This document shows, piece after piece, positions 1-8,016 of a stretch of 64,000 nt of DNA (its first letter is position 1; every line of letters begins with the position of its first letter). Below the pieces are notes generated by a model. That model was not told where the DNA came from, did not search any database, and saw nothing but the letters and a program-made list of their open reading frames with translations. The stretch covers positions 4,736,001 through 4,800,000 of the forward strand of contig OZ244207.1 of assembly GCA_965216875.1 (NCBI GenBank), read 5' to 3'. This stretch comes from Rubripirellula sp. (lineage in GTDB: Bacteria > Planctomycetota > Planctomycetia > Pirellulales > Pirellulaceae). Position numbers and translations under genes: made by a program.

Positions 1-237
1 ATTGTGGGTGCAAAAACGAGCAGTGGTCTGGCCGTGATCGGCGCGATCCTGGCCGACTTCTTTGTCGGCAGTGGCAGTGGCTACAGTGGACTCGGCACGC
101 GCATGACGCTGTGGCAGGGCAACTTGCGAACCGACGCTTTGATCGCCGCCATTGCCGCCTCGACTTTGTTGGGAATGTTACTTTTCGGCGGCGTCCAGCT
201 CGTCGGCACAACAATCCTTCGCCGCTGGACACGATAG
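1..237 (+). CDS. ABC transporter permease, NitT/TauT (SsuC-like) family, C-terminal part, truncated by the window edge
   Basis: GLAVIGAILADFF...GLG motif followed by a hydrophobic helix; lies directly upstream of a matching substrate-binding protein. Confidence 0.75.
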   Translation: MVGAKTSSGLAVIGAILADFFVGSGSGYSGLGTRMTLWQGNLRTDALIAAIAASTLLGMLLFGGVQLVGTTILRRWTR

Positions 238-421
238 CTCTCGGTATCCCTATTCGTGTGATTCGTGCCATTCGTGGTTCCTTCTTTCTCTGCCCACGCA
301 GGTTGTGAACGCGCCAAATTCACAGGTCCCCAGCGTGTCTTGGCCGGTTGTGATGGTGAAGGTACTTGGTCCACAATGCAGTCCCGTTCCTGAATTGATA
401 CTTCTACCGGTGAACTGTCAC

Positions 422-1423
422 GTGCATCACTTATCACGGTTTGTTTTGATTGCTTCTTTGTTGGTTGCCGCTGGCTGTTCAAAAGACTCAGCCGAGCAGT
501 CCCCCGCGCAGTCTGCTGTCGGCCAATCGCAACCACAACAGACGATCGCCGTTCAACTCAATTGGTTCCCCGAAGCCGAACATGGCGGCATCTACCAAGC
601 TGCCAACGACGGCACGTTCGACGATGCGGGAATCGATGTCGACATTCGCCCTGGCGCACATGCGACGCGTGTCGATGCCGAAGTCCATTTGGGACGATGC
701 CAGTTTGCGGTGGCCAACGCCGACGATGTTGTGTTGTTTCGTGACAAAGGAATGGATATCGTCGCAGTGCTTGCCGTCGCCCAGAATCACCCTCGTTGCA
801 TTTTGGTGCAAGAGGCAAGTGGTGTGACCGACTTTGAAGGGTTGGCTGGCATGACGCTGCAGAGTCAGGCCGGTCGTCCCTTTCTCGAATTCTTGCGTTC
901 AAAAGGGTTGCTCGACCAAGTGGCCCAACGACCGTATCACGGCAGCGTATCGTCGCTCGTCGGCGACCCTAAGATTGCAGTGCAAGCCTATTCGTATTCC
1001 GAACCGTTGTTGGCCGAGCAACAAGGTGTGAAAGTACGCACGTTGATGGTCAGCGAGCTTGGCTGGAACCCGTATTCCAGCGTCCTGGTCACCTCCGGTG
1101 AATTGATTCGCCAGCAACCTGAGATGGTTCGTCAATTCGTCGAGGCAACTCAACAGGGATGGCAAAACTATTTGACCGAACCCGAGAAAGGTAACGGCGC
1201 CATTCTTGCTGCCAATAAAGACGGCATGACACCCGAAGCTCTCGAGTTCGGAAGCCGTCAACTTCGCGAGCTCGCCGTGCCCGACTCGATGGAGATGTCC
1301 CAGCTTGGCATGATGACCCGCGAGCGTTGGCAAACGCTCATCGATCAGATGGGCGAACTTGAGCTAGTCGAAGCCGACAAGATCAAAGCCGACGACTGCT
1401 TCACGACCGAGTTTCTGCCGTAG
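422..1423 (+). CDS. ABC transporter substrate-binding lipoprotein, NMT1/THI5 (SsuA-like) family
   Basis: QLNWFPEAEHGGIYQA N-terminal motif; lipobox-like LVAAGC; start moved to in-frame GTG 422 (track start 152). Confidence 0.85.
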   Translation: MHHLSRFVLIASLLVAAGCSKDSAEQSPAQSAVGQSQPQQTIAVQLNWFPEAEHGGIYQAANDGTFDDAGIDVDIRPGAHATRVDAEVHLGRCQFAVANADDVVLFRDKGMDIVAVLAVAQNHPRCILVQEASGVTDFEGLAGMTLQSQAGRPFLEFLRSKGLLDQVAQRPYHGSVSSLVGDPKIAVQAYSYSEPLLAEQQGVKVRTLMVSELGWNPYSSVLVTSGELIRQQPEMVRQFVEATQQGWQNYLTEPEKGNGAILAANKDGMTPEALEFGSRQLRELAVPDSMEMSQLGMMTRERWQTLIDQMGELELVEADKIKADDCFTTEFLP

Positions 1424-1564
1424 GTCATGCTCCGCATGACTCAAAGCAGTAGGTCATGCTCCGCATGACACTTTCCCACGATACGTAAACCGAACGCAGT
1501 TCCTCGGGCGATCGGGGATTTGCGTTTGATTCCTCAGGGCCCGTCGCTAGCGCGTTCGGCTCAC
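1420..1564. repeat. REP cluster: two direct copies of REP-A (GTAGGTCATGCTCCGCATGAC; 1420-1440, 1449-1469) plus one REP-B (1537-1564)
   Basis: REP-A copies are identical to the repeats flanking the RAYT gene at 51.8-52.7 kb; GTAG followed by the GTCATGC-TCC-GCATGAC hairpin. Confidence 0.9.
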
Positions 1565-1598
1565 AGGACATTTGGGGCGTGTAAGCACACCCCTCAAA

Positions 1599-2396
1599 TC
1601 ATGCGGCACGGCGGCGTGGGGTTCCCGGACCAATGTGTTGGCCGAGCGTCTCGATTTCGAGCCGCAACAATTGGCGTGCCACATCGTCGGCCGAAGGACG
1701 ACCTTGCGGGTCAGCGCTGACCATGTCGGCGGCCAGTGCGGCGACCGGTGCCATTTGGCTGCGCGTGAGTGACGTTTCACTTGCGACACAGTTGTCGAGA
1801 ATGCGTCCAAGAGCGTAGACATCGATGGGTGGCATCGCCGCCATGTGGTCGACCAACGACTCAGGAGCCGCGTAGTCCGGAGTTCCGCGAAAACGCCCCG
1901 GCGACACCGTATTGGCACGCGTCGCAAAGCTGAGATCGACCAGTGTGACGTGTCCGCGCGGACCAACGATCACGTTTGCCGGTTTCACATCGGAGTGCAC
2001 CCACCCGGCGACGTGCAGCGCATCGAGCGCTTGAGCGATTTGGCGCACAATCCAAAGCAGCACCGGCATTGGCCGCTCGGGGTTGTCCGCTGTGAACTGG
2101 TCAAGCGTACGTCCCTCGAGTCGCGGCATCACAACGTAGGGTGCCGCTCCGGTTGCCGATGCATCGAGCACCGCAACCAGATTCGGATGACTAGCCGAAG
2201 CTGCTGCGGCGGCGTAGCGAGCGATCTGCCCGCACGCTTCGGCATCGTCGCGCCGTAGTGCGCGTTTGATCACATAGTCCCAGCGCGGACTTGTACCTGC
2301 ATCGGCAGGTTGAGCAACGGTCAACTCTGCAGTCTCGCTGCGATGAAACGGACGTCCCAGCCGCCAAATCCCAAGGATCGACGGTCGTGCATCCAT
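1599..2396 (-). CDS. Ser/Thr protein kinase-like protein with divergent motifs
   Basis: VIK, HPNLV, HSDVKPAN, GTPDYAAPE and DVYALG motifs; DLS in place of DFG; no GxGxxG loop; start ATG 2396 chosen. Confidence 0.8.
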   Translation of the reverse strand: MDARPSILGIWRLGRPFHRSETAELTVAQPADAGTSPRWDYVIKRALRRDDAEACGQIARYAAAAASASHPNLVAVLDASATGAAPYVVMPRLEGRTLDQFTADNPERPMPVLLWIVRQIAQALDALHVAGWVHSDVKPANVIVGPRGHVTLVDLSFATRANTVSPGRFRGTPDYAAPESLVDHMAAMPPIDVYALGRILDNCVASETSLTRSQMAPVAALAADMVSADPQGRPSADDVARQLLRLEIETLGQHIGPGTPRRRAA

Positions 2397-2767
2397 GTCC
2401 GGGCTTGAAGCACCCTCCGAGTTCGAGACACGAACCTTTGAACGCGAGAAACCCGAACTCTTCACAGCAGCCATCCTTTGCAAGCAGAACTAGAGACACG
2501 CCAACCAACGACCCCTCTCATTGGCAGAGATTCCTCTGCATCGAGAGTGTTTGTCGGGGAGGCCACAGGGAGCTTGTCCCGATGGCTTGGTTGCCGCCTC
2601 ACCCATCACAGATCGACGCCCCGAGCGTGTGGGTAGAGCAAAGGGTGATTAATCAAAAAAGCCAGCCTGTTCCCCCTATTTTCACACCGACACCGAGGGG
2701 CTTGCGCCCAATACCGTGGCCACACTCGCTAGGATGTTGCGATTGAGTTCTCGCACACGAGGAAAGC

Positions 2768-3238
2768 ATGTCGGACAACCTCGATCCGTCGCCGGATTTC
2801 AATCCTTACCAAGCCAGCGCAAGCGAAACACCTCAGCTTCATCAAGCCCCGCACACCGAGCAATCGGCCCGATCGCTGGCACGTTGGCAGATCTTCTTCG
2901 CCGTGCTCCTCGCGATCTGTTTCCTCGGGTCATTTGGTCTGATGGCGTTCAGCGTCCTAGCCTTCAACGATGGCGACGTGATCGCCATGATCGGAGGCCT
3001 CGGTTGCGTGATGCTCATCCTGACGATGCTTTTTTTGTTGCCAGCCATTCTCCTTTGGTTGGCCGCCCGTACGGCCCGTGAATTTGCCAACTCACCCGAC
3101 AGTGAGCGTTTAGCTAAACTCATTTCGAGCCAACTCACCCTTTGGCGCGCGATTGGGATCGTCGCGGCGATCCTGATCGGATTCTATGCATTCGTTGGGG
3201 TGGCGGGACTCGCCTTTGGCGCTTCGCCGGTAAACTAA
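2768..3238 (+). CDS. Small membrane protein (DUF5362-like) with an N-terminal NPYQAS motif
   Basis: Three hydrophobic segments; NPY motif typical of planctomycete membrane proteins; GAGGA upstream of the ATG. Confidence 0.6.
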   Translation: MSDNLDPSPDFNPYQASASETPQLHQAPHTEQSARSLARWQIFFAVLLAICFLGSFGLMAFSVLAFNDGDVIAMIGGLGCVMLILTMLFLLPAILLWLAARTAREFANSPDSERLAKLISSQLTLWRAIGIVAAILIGFYAFVGVAGLAFGASPVN

Positions 3239-3299
3239 CAGACTGCTTCCAACACGAAACGTTTTGTTGACCATCATTCAATCACGCAGGTGCACTCTC

Positions 3300-4385
3300 A
3301 TGCGTTGGACCCTCGTCGTTCTGCTGGCCGCTTTGACACTCGGCTGCAATCGCTCCTCTGACTCCACCACCCCGATCGCTTCCGAAGCCGACTCCAAATC
3401 CAATCGCTTGTCGACCGAAAGCAGCAACTTCCCCATGGACTGTGGCAAGTACACCGTCCTGGGAATCATGACGGACGACCAGGACAACAGCCGCGCAAAG
3501 GAAAACGTTGAAACGACCCTTTTGACACACCCGGACATCAACTGCATGGTCGGACTGTGGAGCAACAACACGCCGATGATTCTGGCCGGCCTGAGAAGTA
3601 GCGACGCGGTCGGAAAAGTAAAAGTCGTCGCCTTCGACGAGCATGTCGAAACGCTCGCCGGAATCCAGGAAGGCAACGTGCACGGCACGATCGTGCAAAA
3701 CCCGTATGGGTTTGGCTACCGCAGCGTCGAGTGGCTCACCATGCTCGCCAAAGGTGAAAAGGTCGACGTTCCAGACTCGAGCCTACTGTTCATCCCACAC
3801 AAGACGATCACACCAGATAACGTCGAAGAGTTTTCCAACGGAATGGACGCCATCAAAGCCGGCAACGGACCGATGATGTCGCCCGATTCGAAGCTGGACG
3901 GCAAGGGCGTTCGCGTCGCCTTCATCACCAACAGCGTTGATCCGTTCTGGACCATCGCCGAATTTGGCTGCAACAAAGCAGCAGAGCAGTTCGGTTGTGA
4001 AGTCAACGTGCAAATGCCGACCAACGGGACGATCGAAGAACAAAAGCGTTTCTTGGAAACAAACGTCACCAACAAACTCGATGGCCTCGCGATCAGCCCG
4101 ATCGCACCCGACAACCAGGTTGAGATGATCAACGATGCCTGTAAGGCGATGACCGTCCTGTGCCAGGACAGCGACGCTCCCGCCTCAAAACGTGAGTTCT
4201 ACCTCGGCACCAGCAACTACATGGCGGGCCGCGCCGCTGGGAAGTTGATCAAAGATGCAATTCCTGACGGCGGCAAAGTGATGCTTTACGTCGGCAAGAT
4301 GGAAGTCCTCAATGCGCAGGAGCGCAGCCAGGGCATCATTGACGAATTGGCCGACGAACCGGTGCCAGCGATGTTCCAGGAATAA
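3300..4385 (+). CDS. Sugar ABC transporter substrate-binding lipoprotein (RbsB/Peripla_BP_4-like), apparently circularly permuted
   Basis: Lipobox LTLGC; contains VAFD..TL..I..G...GTIVQNPY.FGY and AFITN..DPFW...DSD..YLGTSNY.AG...ER..G motifs, but in the reverse of the usual order. Confidence 0.85.
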   Translation: MRWTLVVLLAALTLGCNRSSDSTTPIASEADSKSNRLSTESSNFPMDCGKYTVLGIMTDDQDNSRAKENVETTLLTHPDINCMVGLWSNNTPMILAGLRSSDAVGKVKVVAFDEHVETLAGIQEGNVHGTIVQNPYGFGYRSVEWLTMLAKGEKVDVPDSSLLFIPHKTITPDNVEEFSNGMDAIKAGNGPMMSPDSKLDGKGVRVAFITNSVDPFWTIAEFGCNKAAEQFGCEVNVQMPTNGTIEEQKRFLETNVTNKLDGLAISPIAPDNQVEMINDACKAMTVLCQDSDAPASKREFYLGTSNYMAGRAAGKLIKDAIPDGGKVMLYVGKMEVLNAQERSQGIIDELADEPVPAMFQE

Positions 4386-4578
4386 GAGGCTGCTCGGTTC
4401 GAAACACCGCAAGCTTTGCTTGACCGGCACAATCGGAACACTTTGCCGCCAGCCAACCATTCGGGCCGCGATTTGTTTGGCGGCCGCCGGGACGGGCAAC
4501 CGAATAGCCACCTAGAGTGTGTTGTCGCACAAAAGCAACGTAACTCAACGAAACGTTGCCAATTCAGGGGGCCGTACC

Positions 4579-4776
4579 ATGTCAAGCATTTCACCCGCCG
4601 TCGGGCAGCTGCTACGAGCACAGAACGACGCGGTGCGCCAGCAGATCGATACGACGCTGTTGAAAAAGAACCTTGACGCTCAAAAACAGGCCGGCGACGC
4701 CGCCAACGCTTTGCTCGAACAAGCCGTCAAAGTCCAAGAGCAAATCTCAGCCGGTTACCTCGACGTCCGCGTCTAG
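4579..4776 (+). CDS. Small YjfB-like (putative motility) protein
   Basis: LLKKNLDAQKQAGDAANALLE...G.YLDV pattern typical of YjfB-like proteins; purine-rich RBS before ATG 4579. Confidence 0.6.
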   Translation: MSSISPAVGQLLRAQNDAVRQQIDTTLLKKNLDAQKQAGDAANALLEQAVKVQEQISAGYLDVRV

Positions 4777-4779
4777 CGT

Positions 4780-5041
4780 GTAGGCCGGATCAAGGAGCGA
4801 CAGCGACGCAGATCCGGCACTCCTGTGAGCCGAACGCGCTAGCGTCGGGCACTCCTGAGCCGAACGCGCTAGCGTCGGGCCTTCCTAAGCCGAACGCGCC
4901 AGCGTTTCAGATTGCTAGACTGCGCGCTCGAAAACTCTCCCTTGGGAGAGTCGGGCTCCAAGGCCCGGAGAGGGTCTGCTTTTACAAAAATCATTCCCTC
5001 CCCGGACTTTGCGTTCGACCCTCCCGCAAGCGGGAGGGTGA
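4780..5041. repeat. REP mosaic: REP-E (4780-4819), three REP-B copies (about 4825-4905) and REP-F (4935-5041)
   Basis: Each unit recurs elsewhere in the window (E at 44301/45681, B at more than 10 sites, F at 14953); lies between convergent genes. Confidence 0.88.
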
Positions 5042-5060
5042 TTGCTGTCGCGCCCCCCCG

Positions 5061-6032
5061 CTACGCAAATGCCCTGCGCAACAAATCGAGGCTCTTGGGA
5101 ATCGCGGTCGCGTGCTTTTCTTTTCCCTCGAACTCGAGCGAGATGTAGCCGCGATAATCGACTTCGCGCAGGATCGCCGCGACTCGGTCGTAGTCAATAT
5201 CGAGGGTGTACCAGGTCCCGCCACCGAAATAGGTCTTGGCCTGAACGAAAACCGCTTCCGGCGCGAGCTCTTTGTACTGCGCGTACTGGTCTTCCAAAAA
5301 GTTGCCGGTGTCCAAGGTCGCACGCAACCACGGCGAATCGATCGCGTCGATCACACGCAAGACGCCGGCGGCTGTTCGGCCAAGGCCCCAGTGATTCTCT
5401 AATCCGAGAACGACGCCACATCGCTCGGCGGCCGGCAAACACTTTTCAAGCCCGTCGATCACCCACTCGAAACCATCATCATCGCTGTAGCCATCGAGCC
5501 GCGCTTCGATTCCCTTGTTCGCCATCAACTCGTCAAAGTTCTTGGACGTCCCCCAACGTCCGGTGTTCACACGAATGGTCGGAATCCCAAGGGCATAGGC
5601 CATTTCGATGCAGTCGATGGTGTGTTTGATGTTTTCTTGGCGTTTGGCTTTGTCGGGATAGACGAAGCTTTGGTGCGTCGAAAACCCGCAAAGATCGAGT
5701 CCGTGATGAAACGCCCGTTGTTTGATTCGCTGGAGCGCCGCATTGGAAGTGTCTTGCATCTGAACATGCAAGATCTCAACGCCATCGAAACCAGCCTCTG
5801 CGGCCAGATCGATGCACTCTTCAATGCCAAGTTTGCTGTCATCGCGATACCGCCAATAGGAATAGGTCGAGACAGCAATCCGGTTGGGACGGCGAACCTG
5901 GCCGCCGCCGGTGTTCTCTTTTTGGGTGGAGCCCTCTTTACCGAAGGCGGCGGTAGGCAGGCCACCAACAACCGCTGCGGCTGCACTTGCGGCGAGCAGA
6001 CGACGGCGAGAAACGTTCTGCGGCGAATTCAT
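5061..6032 (-). CDS. Tat-exported sugar phosphate isomerase/epimerase (xylose-isomerase-like TIM barrel)
   Basis: SRRRLL Tat signal; GFDGVEI, LGLENHWG, LDTGNF and YISLEFEG motifs. Confidence 0.85.
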   Translation of the reverse strand: MNSPQNVSRRRLLAASAAAAVVGGLPTAAFGKEGSTQKENTGGGQVRRPNRIAVSTYSYWRYRDDSKLGIEECIDLAAEAGFDGVEILHVQMQDTSNAALQRIKQRAFHHGLDLCGFSTHQSFVYPDKAKRQENIKHTIDCIEMAYALGIPTIRVNTGRWGTSKNFDELMANKGIEARLDGYSDDDGFEWVIDGLEKCLPAAERCGVVLGLENHWGLGRTAAGVLRVIDAIDSPWLRATLDTGNFLEDQYAQYKELAPEAVFVQAKTYFGGGTWYTLDIDYDRVAAILREVDYRGYISLEFEGKEKHATAIPKSLDLLRRAFA

Positions 6033-6220
6033 AACAAGATCCCAATACCCGAAGCGAATCACATAGAAGTCAAGGAGCAACATCTTATCCCAAAACGGAC
6101 AGCCATTCGGTGGTTCCCTGTGCGTGAACCGCCGAAAGATGCCATCCTGAATACCAGCGGTTTCTTATCTCCGTTCAGCGACACAAAAGCTGAATCACCT
6201 TCACCCCGCGGGAGGGCAAA

Positions 6221-8005
6221 ATGCGTGCACTCACACGCCACCTTTCAACTGGCCACCTTTCAACGGGCCTGTCGGTCAGTGACCGAATCCCGGGCCAACA
6301 CTACGAGCTACCCGACCATGTTCGGCTGCTCGACGTGGACGTGCCCGATTCCGTCCTTGATCTCGTCCCCGAGACACTTGCACGGGAAAACGCCGTTGCG
6401 CCTTTAGCTGTCGAAGACGACACGATCATCTGCGCGACGCCGCACGACACGGACGTCATGATCCAAGACAAGCTGCGATTCATTCTGAATTGCAATGTCC
6501 GTTTCATTTATCGCAGCAACGAAGAAGTACACAACTTCATCAACTTCCACTATGGCCAAGTCGAGGGTGAGTCGGCCGATTCGATGTTGCAAGAATTCAC
6601 CGACACCGCGATCGACTTTGACGACCGCGACAACAGCGGCGTCTGCTTGTCGATGGCAGGAATACCAAGCCGATCTCGCAATGTCGCTGCACGACGCGCA
6701 TCGCCAGCACCAACCGCTTCGATCAGTTCACGCCGAAACCAAAAAGCCTACGCATCACCCGAGCCAGGAGACGGATTCATGTTCTACACCATCGACGAAG
6801 GCCAACAGGTGTTGGCCTATCGCCCCAACGGGACCATTGATCTGATCGAGGGTCCCAAGCGCGTTTGGAAAGGCCGTTCGCGATTTGAACGCATGCCCCA
6901 TTTCATCGCACACCCGTCACAGTACTTGACGATCCGTTTTCGTGACGGCCGCGAGGAGACTCGCCTTGGCCCCGTCCAAGCATGGCTCGATCGCCGCGTG
7001 CATGATGACATCCAAGTTCATGATTGCCTCGACCTGGCAGCCAAAGAAGCGGTCGTCGTCTATTCGACCAATTCGCCGGATGACGAATCGGGCGCATCTC
7101 GTCGGATCGTTTATGGTCCTGGCTTGTTTGCACCGCGCCCCGGCGAATGGCTGCATAAGTTTTCGTGGCATGCATCGCACGGTGGTTCACGCGGCGTCGA
7201 AAAACGCCCCAACGCACTCAAGTTCCAACAACTTTGCTTGATGCCTGACCAGATGTATCACGACGTTCGCGATGTACGCACCGCCGACGACGCCGTGTTG
7301 ACCATCCGATTGATGATTTTCTTTGAATTGGTCGACATTGAAAGAATGCTCGACACGACTCATGACCCAATCGGCGACTTCATCAACGCGGCCACAAGTG
7401 ACGTGGTCGAGTTCACCGGAAAACGTTCGTTTGAACAATTCAAACAACAAACCGAACAGCTGAATGAATTGTCGACCTACAACCAATTGCTTCACCGCGC
7501 TAGCCAGTGCGGCTACAAGATCAACAACGTCGTCTACCGTGGCTACGGCGCGCCCGATTCACTGCAAGCGATGCATGATGAAGCAATTCAAACACGAACT
7601 CGGTTGCAACTTGAAAAGGCGACCGAAAAACAGGCACAAGAAGTCGAAGACTACAAGCTCAGTTGCCAGATGGAACGCTCTGCGCGGCGCCGCCAGGAGC
7701 AAATGACCGAAGTGCAACACGACCTCGAGACCAAACGTCAACAATCGGACGCTGAACTTGCCCGCAAGGAACGTGTCGCCGAGTTCTCACGCAACGAGCG
7801 CCGTGCTCAAGCGGAACTCGAATTGGAACTGAAACAGCGCGGCGACGAACAAAAACAGGCTCATCTGGAAGCCTTGCGGGGCATGCAGGTCAATCTGACC
7901 GAGTACCTGACCCAGTCTCGCGCCGACCAAGTGATCGAGGTCCGAGGCGACGCGAAGATGCAACCGGAACTGCATTTGGCCAACGGCAAGAGTCGGCCAA
8001 AGTAA
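6221..8005 (+). CDS. Fusion of a GspE/PilB N-terminal (T2SSE_N-like) domain, an MVP-repeat/SPFH-shoulder-like region and a coiled coil
   Basis: VPETLARENAVAPL...DKLRFILN...HYGQVEGESADSMLQEFTDTAIDF resembles PilB/GspE N-termini; RRIVYGP...KRPNAL...PDQ...VRTADDAVL resembles MVP repeat and shoulder; long E/Q/R/K-rich helix. Confidence 0.7.
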   Translation: MRALTRHLSTGHLSTGLSVSDRIPGQHYELPDHVRLLDVDVPDSVLDLVPETLARENAVAPLAVEDDTIICATPHDTDVMIQDKLRFILNCNVRFIYRSNEEVHNFINFHYGQVEGESADSMLQEFTDTAIDFDDRDNSGVCLSMAGIPSRSRNVAARRASPAPTASISSRRNQKAYASPEPGDGFMFYTIDEGQQVLAYRPNGTIDLIEGPKRVWKGRSRFERMPHFIAHPSQYLTIRFRDGREETRLGPVQAWLDRRVHDDIQVHDCLDLAAKEAVVVYSTNSPDDESGASRRIVYGPGLFAPRPGEWLHKFSWHASHGGSRGVEKRPNALKFQQLCLMPDQMYHDVRDVRTADDAVLTIRLMIFFELVDIERMLDTTHDPIGDFINAATSDVVEFTGKRSFEQFKQQTEQLNELSTYNQLLHRASQCGYKINNVVYRGYGAPDSLQAMHDEAIQTRTRLQLEKATEKQAQEVEDYKLSCQMERSARRRQEQMTEVQHDLETKRQQSDAELARKERVAEFSRNERRAQAELELELKQRGDEQKQAHLEALRGMQVNLTEYLTQSRADQVIEVRGDAKMQPELHLANGKSRPK

Positions 8006-8016
8006 TACCGCGTGGG

